A stretch of DNA of 64,000 nucleotides, taken from the NCBI GenBank assembly GCA_027307045.1, contig DAHUXR010000006.1:14185-78184 (forward strand). The letters run 5' to 3'. Position numbers and translations under genes: made by a program. Positions 1 through 9,689 of this stretch are shown here, one piece after another (positions within the stretch are counted from its first letter, which is position 1; each line of letters starts with the position of its first letter). The notes beneath the pieces were generated by a model, which ran no database searches, was not told the origin of the DNA, and saw only the letters and a program-made list of their open reading frames with translations. Source of the DNA: Acidobacteriaceae bacterium. GTDB taxonomy: Bacteria > Acidobacteriota > Terriglobia > Terriglobales > Acidobacteriaceae.

Positions 1-1289
1 GAAACAGACGGATGTTGGATAGCCGGCCGATTTTCCCGCCAAGCCGGGGATTCTGCCTCTAGTGAGGAGGGTCCTGCCGAACCAGCAGCGGAATTTGAGC
101 TGCTGGTCATCGTGTAAACGGGAGTTTCTGAAACGTAGGCGCGCGTGCGTAGCGTGGTCAGGGAATCCTTAGGCGTTTCCGAAGCAGTCACGCGGCGTGG
201 GATATGCTGAGAATTGCGGGAATGGCCCGTCGCATTCACCGGTGACTGATTCGCAATAGGCCCAACAAGTGGCTCAGCGAAGCCCGCGGACAAAGCAATG
301 GATGGCGAGAGAAACCCAAAAGCAGCGACCAAGGCCAGCCCTGCCGCGGCCCGCGAACACCCTTTCCACCAAGCCACAGGTTTTGGCGTAGTCAAGATTG
401 TGCGCACCCGCAATCCCAGAGAAGTGGACGCAGCAAAATCTATGCCCAGCGAAAAGCCCTCCTGCAACATCCGTAGGCGCACAAAATATGTAAGGCTGTC
501 AGCGTAATCAGCGCGATCGCCGGGACGTGTTTCCAATACCGCCAGGTCGCAGGCCAACTCGCCCTGCAACGCCATGGCTTTCCGCGCTTTCCAGACGGCC
601 GGGTGGAAGAACAAAACGCAGCAGATCAGATCGCTCAGGCCAGCCCAAAGATAGTCGCGGCGAGCAACGTGCACCAACTCATGGCAAAGGACATCGGCAA
701 CCTGAGGAGTGGGGCCGATTTGCTCGCAGATTTCAGGCAGCAGAATTCGCGGGTTAAACCAGCCGGCCGTTGCGGGCGATTTGAGCCCGGGCAGAACCAG
801 CAGCCGGGTACGAGAACTGCGCGACTGCGACAGACCCATGTCGCGAGAGATGTCAAGAAAAAGCCCGTTCAGCGCTGGGGAAGCGTCGATTGTGTGCCTC
901 AGTAATAGCCGCATCCTCACATGCTTCCACACCGCCATTCCGATCAGTGAGAGAGAGACCACAGCATAAATCGCACCCAGGCTCTGGATCATGATCAGCG
1001 TATTGTGGGTCCATGCCGAAGGGAGCAGAAAAAAATGCTTGATGGCCGAAGCCGAAACCGGAGCATTTGGCACGCCCTTGGTTCCAGTCATTAGAGCTTT
1101 GAATTCGCTGATGACAAGCACCAGCCAATACCCAGTCGAACACGCAAGGAATCCCATCCAAATAACGAATCGCGCACGGGGTTTACTCAGCAACCGAGTC
1201 AACATCCAGCAGGCAAAAAAGGCCGCGGTAATTTTCAGGAAGTAACTCAAGCAGGTAGCAGCGAAATGTAGACAGACCTCTGCGCTCAT
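1..1289 (-). CDS. BlaR1-like M56 family peptidase / signal transducer (first ~429 codons; C-terminus runs off the left window edge)
   Basis: Hand translation of the minus strand from ATG at 1289 gives MSAEVCLHFAATCLSYFLKITAAFFACWML... The N-terminus is hydrophobic. A HEXXH zinc motif lies in 'CHELVHVARRDYLW' (H-E-L-V-H = 683..669). I checked every codon of this frame down to nt 3 and found no stop. That explains its absence from the ORF track. It starts 34 nt downstream of a BlaI-type repressor gene, the canonical pairing. Confidence 0.8.
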   Translation of the reverse strand, partial: MSAEVCLHFAATCLSYFLKITAAFFACWMLTRLLSKPRARFVIWMGFLACSTGYWLVLVISEFKALMTGTKGVPNAPVSASAIKHFFLLPSAWTHNTLIMIQSLGAIYAVVSLSLIGMAVWKHVRMRLLLRHTIDASPALNGLFLDISRDMGLSQSRSSRTRLLVLPGLKSPATAGWFNPRILLPEICEQIGPTPQVADVLCHELVHVARRDYLWAGLSDLICCVLFFHPAVWKARKAMALQGELACDLAVLETRPGDRADYADSLTYFVRLRMLQEGFSLGIDFAASTSLGLRVRTILTTPKPVAWWKGCSRAAAGLALVAAFGFLSPSIALSAGFAEPLVGPIANQSPVNATGHSRNSQHIPRRVTASETPKDSLTTLRTRAYVSETPVYTMTSSSNSAAGSAGPSSLEAESPAWRENRPAIQHPSV

Positions 1290-1323
1290 AATGAAAGCCC
1301 TGACGTAAACACGCCAGTCGAAT

Positions 1324-1728
1324 TTAGTGCGGAAGCTCTCCTTTTTGGATGCGGTAATTACGAATCAGGGCTTCTAATTCATCAAGCTCCTCATCCGCCA
1401 CAGGACCTGATTCCAGAAGATTGACCAACAGTTTTGCCGGAGAGCCGCCAAAGTTTTGCTCGAGCATGGTCCGGACACACATCTTTTCCACCCACTGGCG
1501 TGAAACTGCCGGCTCAAACACAAATACACGGCCGCCAGTGGTATGACGTGCCAGCCCCTTTTCTTCCATGATGCGAAGGATGGTCTGAGTGGTCTTGTAG
1601 TTGGGCGGGGAGGAAAAACTGGGATGATGAATGATTTCTTCTATCGTGCCCGACTTTAACTCCCATAATGCGTTCAAGATACGGAGCTCAGCTCGGGTCG
1701 GCGGCACGGGATTCTTGCGGCTGGTCAT
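1324..1728 (-). CDS. BlaI/MecI/CopY family transcriptional repressor
   Basis: 134 aa. Winged-helix N-terminal part 'RAELRILNALWELKSGTIEEII...YKTTQTILRIMEEKGLARH', with the length and layout typical of the Penicillinase_R family. It lies immediately upstream of the M56 peptidase gene. Confidence 0.85.
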   Translation of the reverse strand: MTSRKNPVPPTRAELRILNALWELKSGTIEEIIHHPSFSSPPNYKTTQTILRIMEEKGLARHTTGGRVFVFEPAVSRQWVEKMCVRTMLEQNFGGSPAKLLVNLLESGPVADEELDELEALIRNYRIQKGELPH

Positions 1729-2057
1729 GAGATTAAGTCTTAAGAGCTTAAGCTATGAGATGTCGGCACGATTGTCAACCGTTCTTTGCGGACGAATCCA
1801 GATCAGGCAATCAACGTGAATGTCGGAAAATTGGCGCTTCGCCTTTACTACACGCAATTTACGGAGATATTACAGGCTCTTTACTCGACTTTTTACCGCA
1901 CGGCGTGAAAATCAGCATCACACAGCAAAGATCAACTCACAAAAATAATTTCCAGGGAAAGACGACACGAATCCCTGAGTTCCGTTCACCATCCGCCGGA
2001 AGCAGCTCTACAGCGCCGACGATTCTATGGAGGAAACATATTGTGCAAAACAACAAG

Positions 2058-3146
2058 TTGAATGGAGATGTAATACGAATCTCGGCGGCAATCGCATTTC
2101 TATGCCTCTTAATGGTTGGGGAGCGGATGCGCGGACAGGAAAAAGCAGACATGACGGTCAACGTTAAGGTGGTAAACGTGCCGGCCACGGTCCGCGATAA
2201 ACACGGCAAAATCGTCAACAACCTTACGAAGGATGATTTCGTTTTGGAAGAAGACGGTCGCCCGCAAAGCCTCCACTATTTTTCCCAGGAGAACAGTTTG
2301 CCCCTCACGCTCGGATTGCTGGTGGATACCAGCATGAGCCAGCGGCGCGTATTGGGCCAGGAGCGCACAGCCAGTTCCAGCTTTATCGACCAGATGCTGC
2401 GTCCGGACAAGGACAAGGCGTTCCTTATTCATTTTGATCATGAAGTGGAACTGGACCAGGATCTAACTTCTTCACGGGAGAAGTTGCGGTCTGCTCTGGA
2501 TAGCCTGCAAGCGCCGCAGTTCGCGCAAACCAGCGGAGGCAATTCACAGGGCCAGAGCCCAGGCGGATATCCGGGGCGACATGGTCATCACGATGGCAGT
2601 AGCCACGGTGGCGGCACTCTGCTGTATGACGCAGTCTATCTGGCGTCGGATGAGCTGATGAAAAAACAGGCCGGACGTAAAGCATTGATTGTTCTTTCCG
2701 ATGGAGACGACCGCGGCAGCAAAGAGACGTTACGCACCGCCATTGAAACCGCGCAACGCTCAGACACAATCATTTACTCAATCCTATTCAAGGACGACGA
2801 AGACCATGGTTTTAATGGCGGCTTTGGTGGGATAGGAATGGGCGGCCATCACGGCGGCCCAGGCGGCGGGCGTGGCAGATATCCGCAGGAGCCACGCGTG
2901 GACGGGAAAAAGATATTGGAACAGATGTCACGCGAAACAGGCGGCAGGCTGTTTGAAGTTTCCGGCAAGCAGACGGTCGACAAGATTTACGCCCAGATTG
3001 AAGAGGACCTTCGCAATCAATACAGCCTGGGATACACGCCGGACAGGAGCGATCCCGGCGAGGGCTTTCACACGATCAGCGTCAAGACCAAGCAGAAGGA
3101 CTTGGTGGTCCATGCCAGAGAGGAATATTACTGGAACAGTAAGTAG
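2058..3146 (+). CDS. Secreted VWA-domain protein (TIGR03436-like 'VWFA-related acidobacterial' type) with His/Gly-rich inserts
   Basis: Core sequence 'VNVPATVRDKHGKIVNNLTKDDFVLEEDGRPQSLHYFSQE..LPLTLGLLVDTSMS' and 'ALIVLSDGDDRGS' (MIDAS-like). The track start at 1755 adds ~100 aa with no signal peptide. The TTG at 2058 (or GTG at 2043) gives a signal-like 'LNGDVIRISAAIAFLCLLMVG'. The start position is uncertain. Confidence 0.7.
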   Translation: MNGDVIRISAAIAFLCLLMVGERMRGQEKADMTVNVKVVNVPATVRDKHGKIVNNLTKDDFVLEEDGRPQSLHYFSQENSLPLTLGLLVDTSMSQRRVLGQERTASSSFIDQMLRPDKDKAFLIHFDHEVELDQDLTSSREKLRSALDSLQAPQFAQTSGGNSQGQSPGGYPGRHGHHDGSSHGGGTLLYDAVYLASDELMKKQAGRKALIVLSDGDDRGSKETLRTAIETAQRSDTIIYSILFKDDEDHGFNGGFGGIGMGGHHGGPGGGRGRYPQEPRVDGKKILEQMSRETGGRLFEVSGKQTVDKIYAQIEEDLRNQYSLGYTPDRSDPGEGFHTISVKTKQKDLVVHAREEYYWNSK

Positions 3147-3254
3147 CGGCAGTAACAACCGTTCATGTACCAATGAGTGACTGGCCCGCCAGAAACCAAC
3201 TCTGAAACGCATCAAAGCATCAGACAATGAACCTGGCCATAATCATTTGATCCG

Positions 3255-4406
3255 ATGCGATCCGTACTCAAACTCGGCCTGGTGGTTTTGTCTCTACTGA
3301 CCCCATTCGTCGGACCAGCAGCCAGAGCCGCGGCGACTGATGATTACGCGGACACAGTCCTGCTATCCCCTGAACAGGGAGAAGCACTGGCTGCCTTTGC
3401 AGCGCAATCGGAAAAGCGGGTTCGTCACAAACCAGATTGCTCCCACCTGGTGCATCTGCTTTATGCGCGCGCGGGCCTTATTTATCCATACGAAGATTCA
3501 CGGGTTCTGTATCGCGGCGTAAGTAATTTTCAGCGGGTAAAAACTCCGCAGCCTGGAGATTTGGCTGTGTGGCTGGGCCATGTGGGAATCGTGCTTTCGC
3601 CGGAAGAAAAGACATTCCTGAGTTCTGTGCGTTCCGGAATCATTACTGAATCATGGATGGCGCCGCACTGGGTCCGCCGTGGCCGTCCGCGCTTCTACCG
3701 CTACCGGGTTGGCCCTGACGCGGACATGAATTTGCTGGCCAAGATCATGAACGATGATAACCTCCCGCAACCTGCAAGCCGACGCAATGCGCGTAGCGGG
3801 GACAATAGCGAACTTCCCTCCTCCGCTATCGCCGACAGTGATGCTGCTAGCTCGCAGCAAGAACGCACTGACTCGCCAGTGCAGGACGCCAAAACGACGG
3901 ACGAAAGTAGTCCCAAGTCAGCTTCAATCGTTGCAACTATCATTCAACGCCAAATGCCCAGCAGGCAGCAGGTTGCAGCGGCGATCATCGAAAACAGCCA
4001 GGCACGAGCACACCAACTGATTGCCGGTGAGACGCTGGATCTGACGCATCCATTTTCTGTGTTCAGCCGGTTGGAAGTGGAAAAAATAAAAGTCAAGCAC
4101 GAGAGGGGATCGGTAACCCTTGAAATCACTGAAACGATGTCTCAGGAAGACGGGCACATCTTACCGGCAAGAACAATGGAACGCGAGCTCTCAATTGATC
4201 GAAGGAGCAATGGCATTTGGGTAATCTCAGATCCAAGTGGGCGCACCTTCCTGTCAGAAGGACTGGCATTGGAGATACTCGAACGGCAGGTGGAACTCTC
4301 GCTTCGCCGCGCACCCAACAGCAACAACACGCGAGTTCTGGTGAAAGCACTGGATCGCCTCTACGATCAGCAATCGGACACGCCGCAACGGGCGGCCATG
4401 AGATAA
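3255..4406 (+). CDS. Secreted protein with NlpC/P60-like (papain-fold Cys-His) N-terminal domain and a C-terminal domain of unknown function
   Basis: Signal peptide 'MRSVLKLGLVVLSLLTPFVGPAARAAA'. 'KPDCSHLVHLLY' (candidate nucleophile Cys) followed by 'GDLAVWLGHVGIV' (candidate His) matches the NlpC/P60 spacing pattern. Confidence 0.6.
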   Translation: MRSVLKLGLVVLSLLTPFVGPAARAAATDDYADTVLLSPEQGEALAAFAAQSEKRVRHKPDCSHLVHLLYARAGLIYPYEDSRVLYRGVSNFQRVKTPQPGDLAVWLGHVGIVLSPEEKTFLSSVRSGIITESWMAPHWVRRGRPRFYRYRVGPDADMNLLAKIMNDDNLPQPASRRNARSGDNSELPSSAIADSDAASSQQERTDSPVQDAKTTDESSPKSASIVATIIQRQMPSRQQVAAAIIENSQARAHQLIAGETLDLTHPFSVFSRLEVEKIKVKHERGSVTLEITETMSQEDGHILPARTMERELSIDRRSNGIWVISDPSGRTFLSEGLALEILERQVELSLRRAPNSNNTRVLVKALDRLYDQQSDTPQRAAMR

Positions 4407-4461
4407 GCTCGTGTTTCGCACCACGACACGCTACCGCATTCCACGCCTCCCGCTGTAATTT

Positions 4462-4728
4462 TTAAGCGGACGTGGGGTAATAAAGGTTCTTGTCCAGCCA
4501 CTCAGCCACGGGGGTCCGCAAAGCGAAATGGAGTTTGATCTCCTCGCCATTAAGGACGCGCCATCTGGACGGGTGAGCATAAGGTTTTCCATGCTCGTCA
4601 ACCGCGCGAAATTTCACGGAGCGGTTTTGAATCCGATATTCATTGCAAGGACCGCCATCCTTTGACGCTATTCTGAGGCTACGCAACCCTGAGAGCACGA
4701 TCCACTGAGTCCGCAAAATGTCCTCCAA
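4462..4728 (-). CDS. Hypothetical small protein (88 aa)
   Basis: It is the only ORF filling this gap and has a non-repetitive composition. I recognise no family. Confidence 0.35.
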   Translation of the reverse strand: MEDILRTQWIVLSGLRSLRIASKDGGPCNEYRIQNRSVKFRAVDEHGKPYAHPSRWRVLNGEEIKLHFALRTPVAEWLDKNLYYPTSA

Positions 4729-4933
4729 TTGAGTTCCGGATCAAGGCTGATCGCCAGCAACGCAGATAAGCTGATCAGCGTTGGTATTTATAGTCTGATG
4801 ATCCATTGAGTAAGGAGGTGTTGTCCGCGGGAATGCCAAAGCGCTAAATTAATTCAGCCCAAGACCGTGATTTACCATGCATATTTATCCTGATTTAGCA
4901 TGCATAGTTGAATATTTTTCATGGAGATGCAAA

Positions 4934-6160
4934 ATGTCACTGGCTGGGGCTCCTGCGCAACAAGACAAGTTACGGGTGCCGGGCATTGATCTCCTGCGCG
5001 GCTTCTGCATTGTTGCCGTGGTGCTGCACCACATCAATCTGAGAATCCATTTTCGTGACAGCAGCTTGGGCCATCTGATTGGCCCGGCAGCCAACCGTGT
5101 GCTGTTCTGGAATGGGTATTACGGCGTGCGCACGTTTTTCGTGATCTCCGGATTCCTGATCACCTCATGGTCGTTGAAGCGATGGGGCAGGCTCAACCAG
5201 CTCAACGTGCGCCAGTTTTACCGGATGCGATTTGCCCGCATCATGCCATGCCTTATTGGTCTCCTGGTGCTCCTGATTTTGCTGGACCGGCTTGGAGTTC
5301 CACGCTTTATTGTGAACACGCAGCACGCCTCGCTGCTACGGGCTTCAATTGCTGCGCTGACCTTCCATGTTAACTGGCTTGAGGCCAAAACAGGATACCT
5401 GCCCGCGTCCTGGGACGTGCTCTGGTCCCTTTCAGTGGAAGAGGTGTTTTATGTTTTCTTTCCACTGTTATGTGTGATGTTACGAAAACAAGCAATCCTG
5501 ATCACTATGCTGATCGGCTTTGTACTGCTCGGGCCATTTGCGCGTATACACGCGCAAAACGAGCTTTGGGCTGACTATGGATATCTTGCCTGCATGGACG
5601 GGATTGCCTTGGGCTGCCTGGCAGCCATGTTTGCGGCACAAATCCGTTTGAACGATAAGGCAAACTTGGCATTCAGGATCAGCGGAGCATTCCTCTGTCT
5701 GCTCATCACCGTCTTCCGCGGGATTGCCGTCCGCCTCGCATTTTACAAGGCAGGTCTGGATGTAACGGTGCTGGAAATTGGGAGCGCGCTCCTGCTGATC
5801 GCGCTCCAGCAGAAGACTGAGAGACGTGTGGACAATATTTCAGATAAACCGACCGGTGCTTCTGGCTTGGACCGCATCAGGGAATATCTGCAGCGCTCAA
5901 CGGCTTTTCTGCGCTGGTTTGGACGCAACAGCTATGAGGTTTACCTCACCCACATGTTCGCGGTCTGGGCAATTGTGGGCTTGTTCTTCCATTTCCATCA
6001 GAGCATTCAGCTATCGCCGCTATGGTTTCTTGGCACGGTGGCTCTGGCAGGAGGGCTGGGGCACATGGTGGCCCATTTTTATTCCGAGCCCCTTAACCAT
6101 AAGCTGCGAACAAGATTACTGGGAACATTGCCAGCAAAGATCGCCGCATCGGCAGACTGA
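4934..6160 (+). CDS. Acyltransferase family 3 (OafA/YrhL-like O-acyltransferase) membrane protein
   Basis: N-terminal 'IDLLRGFCIVAVVLHH' motif and about 10 hydrophobic segments. The track start at 4877 adds a non-hydrophobic extension. ATG 4934 (MSLAGAP...) is an alternative start, so the start is ambiguous. Confidence 0.75.
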   Translation: MSLAGAPAQQDKLRVPGIDLLRGFCIVAVVLHHINLRIHFRDSSLGHLIGPAANRVLFWNGYYGVRTFFVISGFLITSWSLKRWGRLNQLNVRQFYRMRFARIMPCLIGLLVLLILLDRLGVPRFIVNTQHASLLRASIAALTFHVNWLEAKTGYLPASWDVLWSLSVEEVFYVFFPLLCVMLRKQAILITMLIGFVLLGPFARIHAQNELWADYGYLACMDGIALGCLAAMFAAQIRLNDKANLAFRISGAFLCLLITVFRGIAVRLAFYKAGLDVTVLEIGSALLLIALQQKTERRVDNISDKPTGASGLDRIREYLQRSTAFLRWFGRNSYEVYLTHMFAVWAIVGLFFHFHQSIQLSPLWFLGTVALAGGLGHMVAHFYSEPLNHKLRTRLLGTLPAKIAASAD

Positions 6161-6385
6161 TCGACATCGGACAAATTTGTTCTCTTGCATAACTCCGTGG
6201 GGTCATAAAAGTTGCATGATTTTCTAGGACCTTTTGTAACTGCAATCCAGCAACTTACGCTGCCGCGCTGGGTTTCATGGAGCGGAACCATTCTCAGAAC
6301 TTGACCGGTTGGAATAAAGAACACCATCATGGTCGCGGTTCCGCCCTTGCGAAGAAGCAAAACTTGAGAGGAGAACACCAGCAAA

Positions 6386-6775
6386 ATGAAGAAAGTCCTG
6401 ATTCCGCTTTTTGTTGTAGCTCTAATGATCTACGTTGCGCCTTCCGCCCATGCCGCAAGCTGGGCTTATCTGGGCCAGGCCCACGTTGACGGTCAGCATG
6501 ACCATGACAATATTGAAGTTGGCAAGGCTGCCGGCCGTTACCGCTTCCTGCAAATTCGCATCAAGAATGCTCCCATCGAGTTTGACCGCATTGTGGTCCA
6601 CTATGGCGACGGTGAGCCGGAAGTTTTGCAAGTGCGCGACGTGATCCGCGCCGGCGGGCACAGCCGCGCTATCGCTCTGCAGGGCGATCGTTTTGTGAAG
6701 AGCTTTGAGCTGTGGTATGGCAAAGCCAATCCCAACTCAGGCAAGCCTGAGTTGACGCTCTGGGGACAGCGCTAG
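6386..6775 (+). CDS. Small secreted protein (signal peptide; DUF2541/YaaI-like by recollection)
   Basis: 'MKKVLIPLFVVALMIYVAPSAHA' signal peptide with an AHA cleavage site. SD 'gagaggag' lies upstream. A strong hairpin follows the gene. Confidence 0.55.
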   Translation: MKKVLIPLFVVALMIYVAPSAHAASWAYLGQAHVDGQHDHDNIEVGKAAGRYRFLQIRIKNAPIEFDRIVVHYGDGEPEVLQVRDVIRAGGHSRAIALQGDRFVKSFELWYGKANPNSGKPELTLWGQR

Positions 6776-6795
6776 ACACTACCACATTCAGACAG

Positions 6796-6821
6796 AAAGG
6801 CCTCGAGGTTCGAGGCCTTTT
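6796..6821. terminator. Bidirectional intrinsic terminator-like hairpin between convergent genes
   Basis: 'aaaggcctcga' (6796-6806) pairs with 'tcgaggccttt' (6810-6820). The stem is 11 bp with a 3-nt loop, and A/T runs lie on both flanks. Confidence 0.6.
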
Positions 6822-6823
6822 CC

Positions 6824-8194
6824 TCACTCCCCTTCATCGGCTACTCCAAGTTTGCCCAGCCTGTATCTGAGAGCATTCCTGGACAGTCCCAGCAGCCGCG
6901 CTGCCTGGCTCTTGTTGCCGTTGGCCCGCCGCAGGGCTTCGCGGATCATGTTGTCTTCCCATTGCTCCAGAGTCATGCCTGGGGGAAGAAATTGATCGGC
7001 AGGGGCTGACGCCGTGCCAGCTTTACTTTGCCTCGTGTCGAGGTGGATGTCTTTGTCATCGATCATCCGATCTGCTGAGAGCGCTACTGCACGCTCCACG
7101 CTATTTTCAAGCTGGCGAATGTTTCCCGGCCAGTGATATTCCATCAACGCGTCGAGTGCGGCGGGCGTGATGCCTTCAATTTCTTTCTCGCTGTCAGCGG
7201 CAAAGCGAGCTAGAAAATGGTTCACCAGATCAGGAATATCTTCTTTGTGTTCCCGCAAAGGGGGAATATCGATGGGCACAACGTTCAGCCGGTAGTAAAG
7301 ATCCTCGCGAAACGTTCCTTCTTCCAAGGCAGCACGCAGATCGCGATTGGTGGCGGCGATCATGCGTATGTCCACTTTCAAAGTCTTCGTGCCGCCCAGG
7401 CGCTCAAACTCGCGTTCCTGCAAGACGCGTAGCAGCTTCACCTGAATGGCCGCCGGCACGTCGCCGATTTCATCGAGAAAAAGCGTGCCTTTATCCGCCA
7501 GTTCAAACTTGCCCGGCTTGCTGGCCAGCGCGCCGGTAAAGGCCCCGCGCTCAAAGCCGAACAGTTCACTTTCAAAAAGCGTGTCAGGAATAGCGGTGCT
7601 GTTGATCTTGACGAATGGCCCGGAAGCACGCCGCGAATTCTGGTGAATGGCGCGTGCGATCAGGTCTTTACCCACACCGCTCTCACCACCGATGAGCACC
7701 GTGGAGTTTGTTGGCGCGACGCGCTCCACCAGCGCCAGCACTTCCTGCATTTTCTTACTTCGGCCAACAATATTCTGGAAATGGTAGCGTTTGCCCAAAG
7801 CTTCCTTCAGACGCACGTTTTCGTCGCGCACCTGCTGAACGTCGAGCTCTTTGTTGATGACCAGCTTCATCTCGGCCATGGTGAAAGGCTTCAACACATA
7901 GTCGCTGGCGCCGGCTTTCATTGCGTCCACGGCAGTCTCAACGCTGCCATAGGCAGTCATCACGATGAACGGTAGCGCCGGGTTCAGGCGCTTCCCTTCC
8001 TGCAGGAACTCAAGGCCGTTCATGCCCGGCAGCTTCAGGTCGGTCACCACCAGGTCCGCCGGTTCTTTGCGCAAGAACTGCAGGCCAGTCTCGGCATCAC
8101 CCGCTGTCTGGACGTTGTGTCCGTCTTCGCCCAGGCTGATCTCCAGCAGCCGTCGCATGCGCGGTTCGTCTTCAACGATAAGGATATTCGCCAT
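6824..8194 (-). CDS. Sigma-54-dependent response regulator (NtrC/AtoC family: REC + AAA+ + Fis-type HTH)
   Basis: REC domain 'ILIVEDE...DLVVTDLKLPGMNG'. Walker A 'GESGVGKD'. 'GAFTGA' sigma-54 contact motif. C-terminal HTH 'GNKSQAARLLGLSRNALRYRL'. Confidence 0.9.
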   Translation of the reverse strand: MANILIVEDEPRMRRLLEISLGEDGHNVQTAGDAETGLQFLRKEPADLVVTDLKLPGMNGLEFLQEGKRLNPALPFIVMTAYGSVETAVDAMKAGASDYVLKPFTMAEMKLVINKELDVQQVRDENVRLKEALGKRYHFQNIVGRSKKMQEVLALVERVAPTNSTVLIGGESGVGKDLIARAIHQNSRRASGPFVKINSTAIPDTLFESELFGFERGAFTGALASKPGKFELADKGTLFLDEIGDVPAAIQVKLLRVLQEREFERLGGTKTLKVDIRMIAATNRDLRAALEEGTFREDLYYRLNVVPIDIPPLREHKEDIPDLVNHFLARFAADSEKEIEGITPAALDALMEYHWPGNIRQLENSVERAVALSADRMIDDKDIHLDTRQSKAGTASAPADQFLPPGMTLEQWEDNMIREALRRANGNKSQAARLLGLSRNALRYRLGKLGVADEGE

Positions 8195-8358
8195 ATTTTT
8201 TTATCCCGAACCCGCAGGGCTGCGCGGGAGGGATCACAATTCCCTGACCATCTGCTGATAGATCAACCCTCTTTCACCCTAAGTTTTTTTGAGAATCGAT
8301 TTCCGTTACTACGCTCGGAAAATAGCTTCCTCCGTGCTCTGCGTCTCCTTGGTGGGAT

Positions 8359-9633
8359 TTAGTTTTTTGCGCCCTTCTCAGTGTCTGCTGCCGCCGGAAA
8401 TGTGACCCGAAAACAAGCTCCATGCCCCGGCTCGCTCACAAGCTTGAGAGATCCTCCGTGCGCATCGACAATTTTGGAAACAATCGCGAGCCCCAGCCCG
8501 ACCCCGGATTTCTTCGTCGTAACAAATGGATTGAAAATCTGTTCTTTCATTTCCGGTGGGACGCCTGGACCGCTATCTTCCACCTCCACCACAACGCTTC
8601 GCGCTTCAGTAGTTTCATCGGACGCACGAAGCCTCACGCGCAGATCCCCGCCTTCTTCGCCCATGGCTTCGCAGGCATTCATGAACAGGTTGGTAAAAAC
8701 CTGATCGCACAAATCGCGGTCGAGCATCACCGGAGGCAAGCCGGAAGCATAGTCACGTTTTATGCTCGCCTTTTTGCATGCGCCCTGCTCAGAAACCGTC
8801 TTGAGGCATCGTTCAACCACCGTGGCCAGATCATGGGCGCCCAAATCAAGCTGCGAAGGCCGGGCAAAATCAAGGAACCGGCTTACCAGGGCGCTCACGC
8901 GATTCACTTCAGTGTAAATATATCCTGCGAGCTCTTTTGCCAAGGGGTTCGCATCGTCCAACTTTTGAGTAAGTATTTCCGCCGAGCCCTTGATTACACC
9001 CAGCGGATTGCGAATCTCATGGGCCAGACCGGCTGAAAGCTGCCCCAGCGCCGCCAGCCTTTCCGCTCTGCGCGCCTCGTCCTGCGCAAGCTTAAGGTTA
9101 CGATTCGCCTCGGTCAGTGTTTCAGAAAGAGCCTGGTACCGTCGCACCTGAACTCGATACTGCATCACGAAGCGGTTTACTGTCATCGCCACAAAGAAAA
9201 AGAACAGAACACGCATTAACAGCTCAGAGAGACTGTTGGCTGTGATGGTAAAGTGCAGGTTCGCCTGATACAGATATGAGCTATAAGCTACTGACGCAGC
9301 CAGTGTCCACAGCAGCGTTCCAACAGGCCCAAAATACATGGCCGCGGTCATTACAGGCAGATAGTAGATCGGATAATAACCGCTATTGATGGCCGCCGGG
9401 TCGCCCGTGTGGTTGATCAGAACAGTAGCAAGAACGATCTTGATGAGCACGGCCATCGCCGGCCCCGGCTTTCCCGCACGCCGTACGAACTGGGTCTCCA
9501 GCAATTGCGAGATCCCAATGATCAGCAGAATCAACTGCTTGTGTAATTCGGCAACCGGCGGAATAAGCGCAAGTCCGCCAAGAAAGATGAGCCAAAGAAC
9601 GTCAAGCCAGCGCGGAGTAGCGCGTTCTGTCAT
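8359..9633 (-). CDS. Membrane sensor histidine kinase (multi-TM N-terminus, HisKA, HATPase_c)
   Basis: H-box 'LSAGLAHEIRNPL'. N-box 'FTNLFMNACEAM'. G-boxes 'VEDSGPGV' and 'GVGLGLAI'. About 6 hydrophobic helices at the N-terminus. Confidence 0.85.
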   Translation of the reverse strand: MTERATPRWLDVLWLIFLGGLALIPPVAELHKQLILLIIGISQLLETQFVRRAGKPGPAMAVLIKIVLATVLINHTGDPAAINSGYYPIYYLPVMTAAMYFGPVGTLLWTLAASVAYSSYLYQANLHFTITANSLSELLMRVLFFFFVAMTVNRFVMQYRVQVRRYQALSETLTEANRNLKLAQDEARRAERLAALGQLSAGLAHEIRNPLGVIKGSAEILTQKLDDANPLAKELAGYIYTEVNRVSALVSRFLDFARPSQLDLGAHDLATVVERCLKTVSEQGACKKASIKRDYASGLPPVMLDRDLCDQVFTNLFMNACEAMGEEGGDLRVRLRASDETTEARSVVVEVEDSGPGVPPEMKEQIFNPFVTTKKSGVGLGLAIVSKIVDAHGGSLKLVSEPGHGACFRVTFPAAADTEKGAKN

Positions 9634-9689
9634 AGGGAAGATTTGAATGTATCACGAGGAGGGCGATGCTCGGGAGATCGGCTGAAGAG

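Noticed and set aside
1755-2057. N-terminal extensions proposed by the ORF track: 1755 for the VWA gene, 23914 for USP-2, 33092 for the ATP-grasp gene, 44885 and 46090 for two GT4 genes, 36022 for the HAD gene, 57459 for the PspC gene and 54689 for the S/T-rich gene.
   Set aside because: The extensions overlap upstream genes or terminators and lack signal peptides or SDs. Internal starts have SD sequences or stop-start overlaps (ATGA/GTGA) consistent with operon packing.
6336-6351. Candidate sigma-54 promoter (cGGttc-N5-TTGCg; GG at 6337-6338, GC at 6349-6350) upstream of the small secreted protein gene next to the NtrC-like regulator.
   Set aside because: Only the GG/GC dinucleotides and TTGC match the TGGCAC-N5-TTGC consensus. 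The -24 box matches at 3 of 6 positions. This is too weak to call without a genome-wide model or experimental data.
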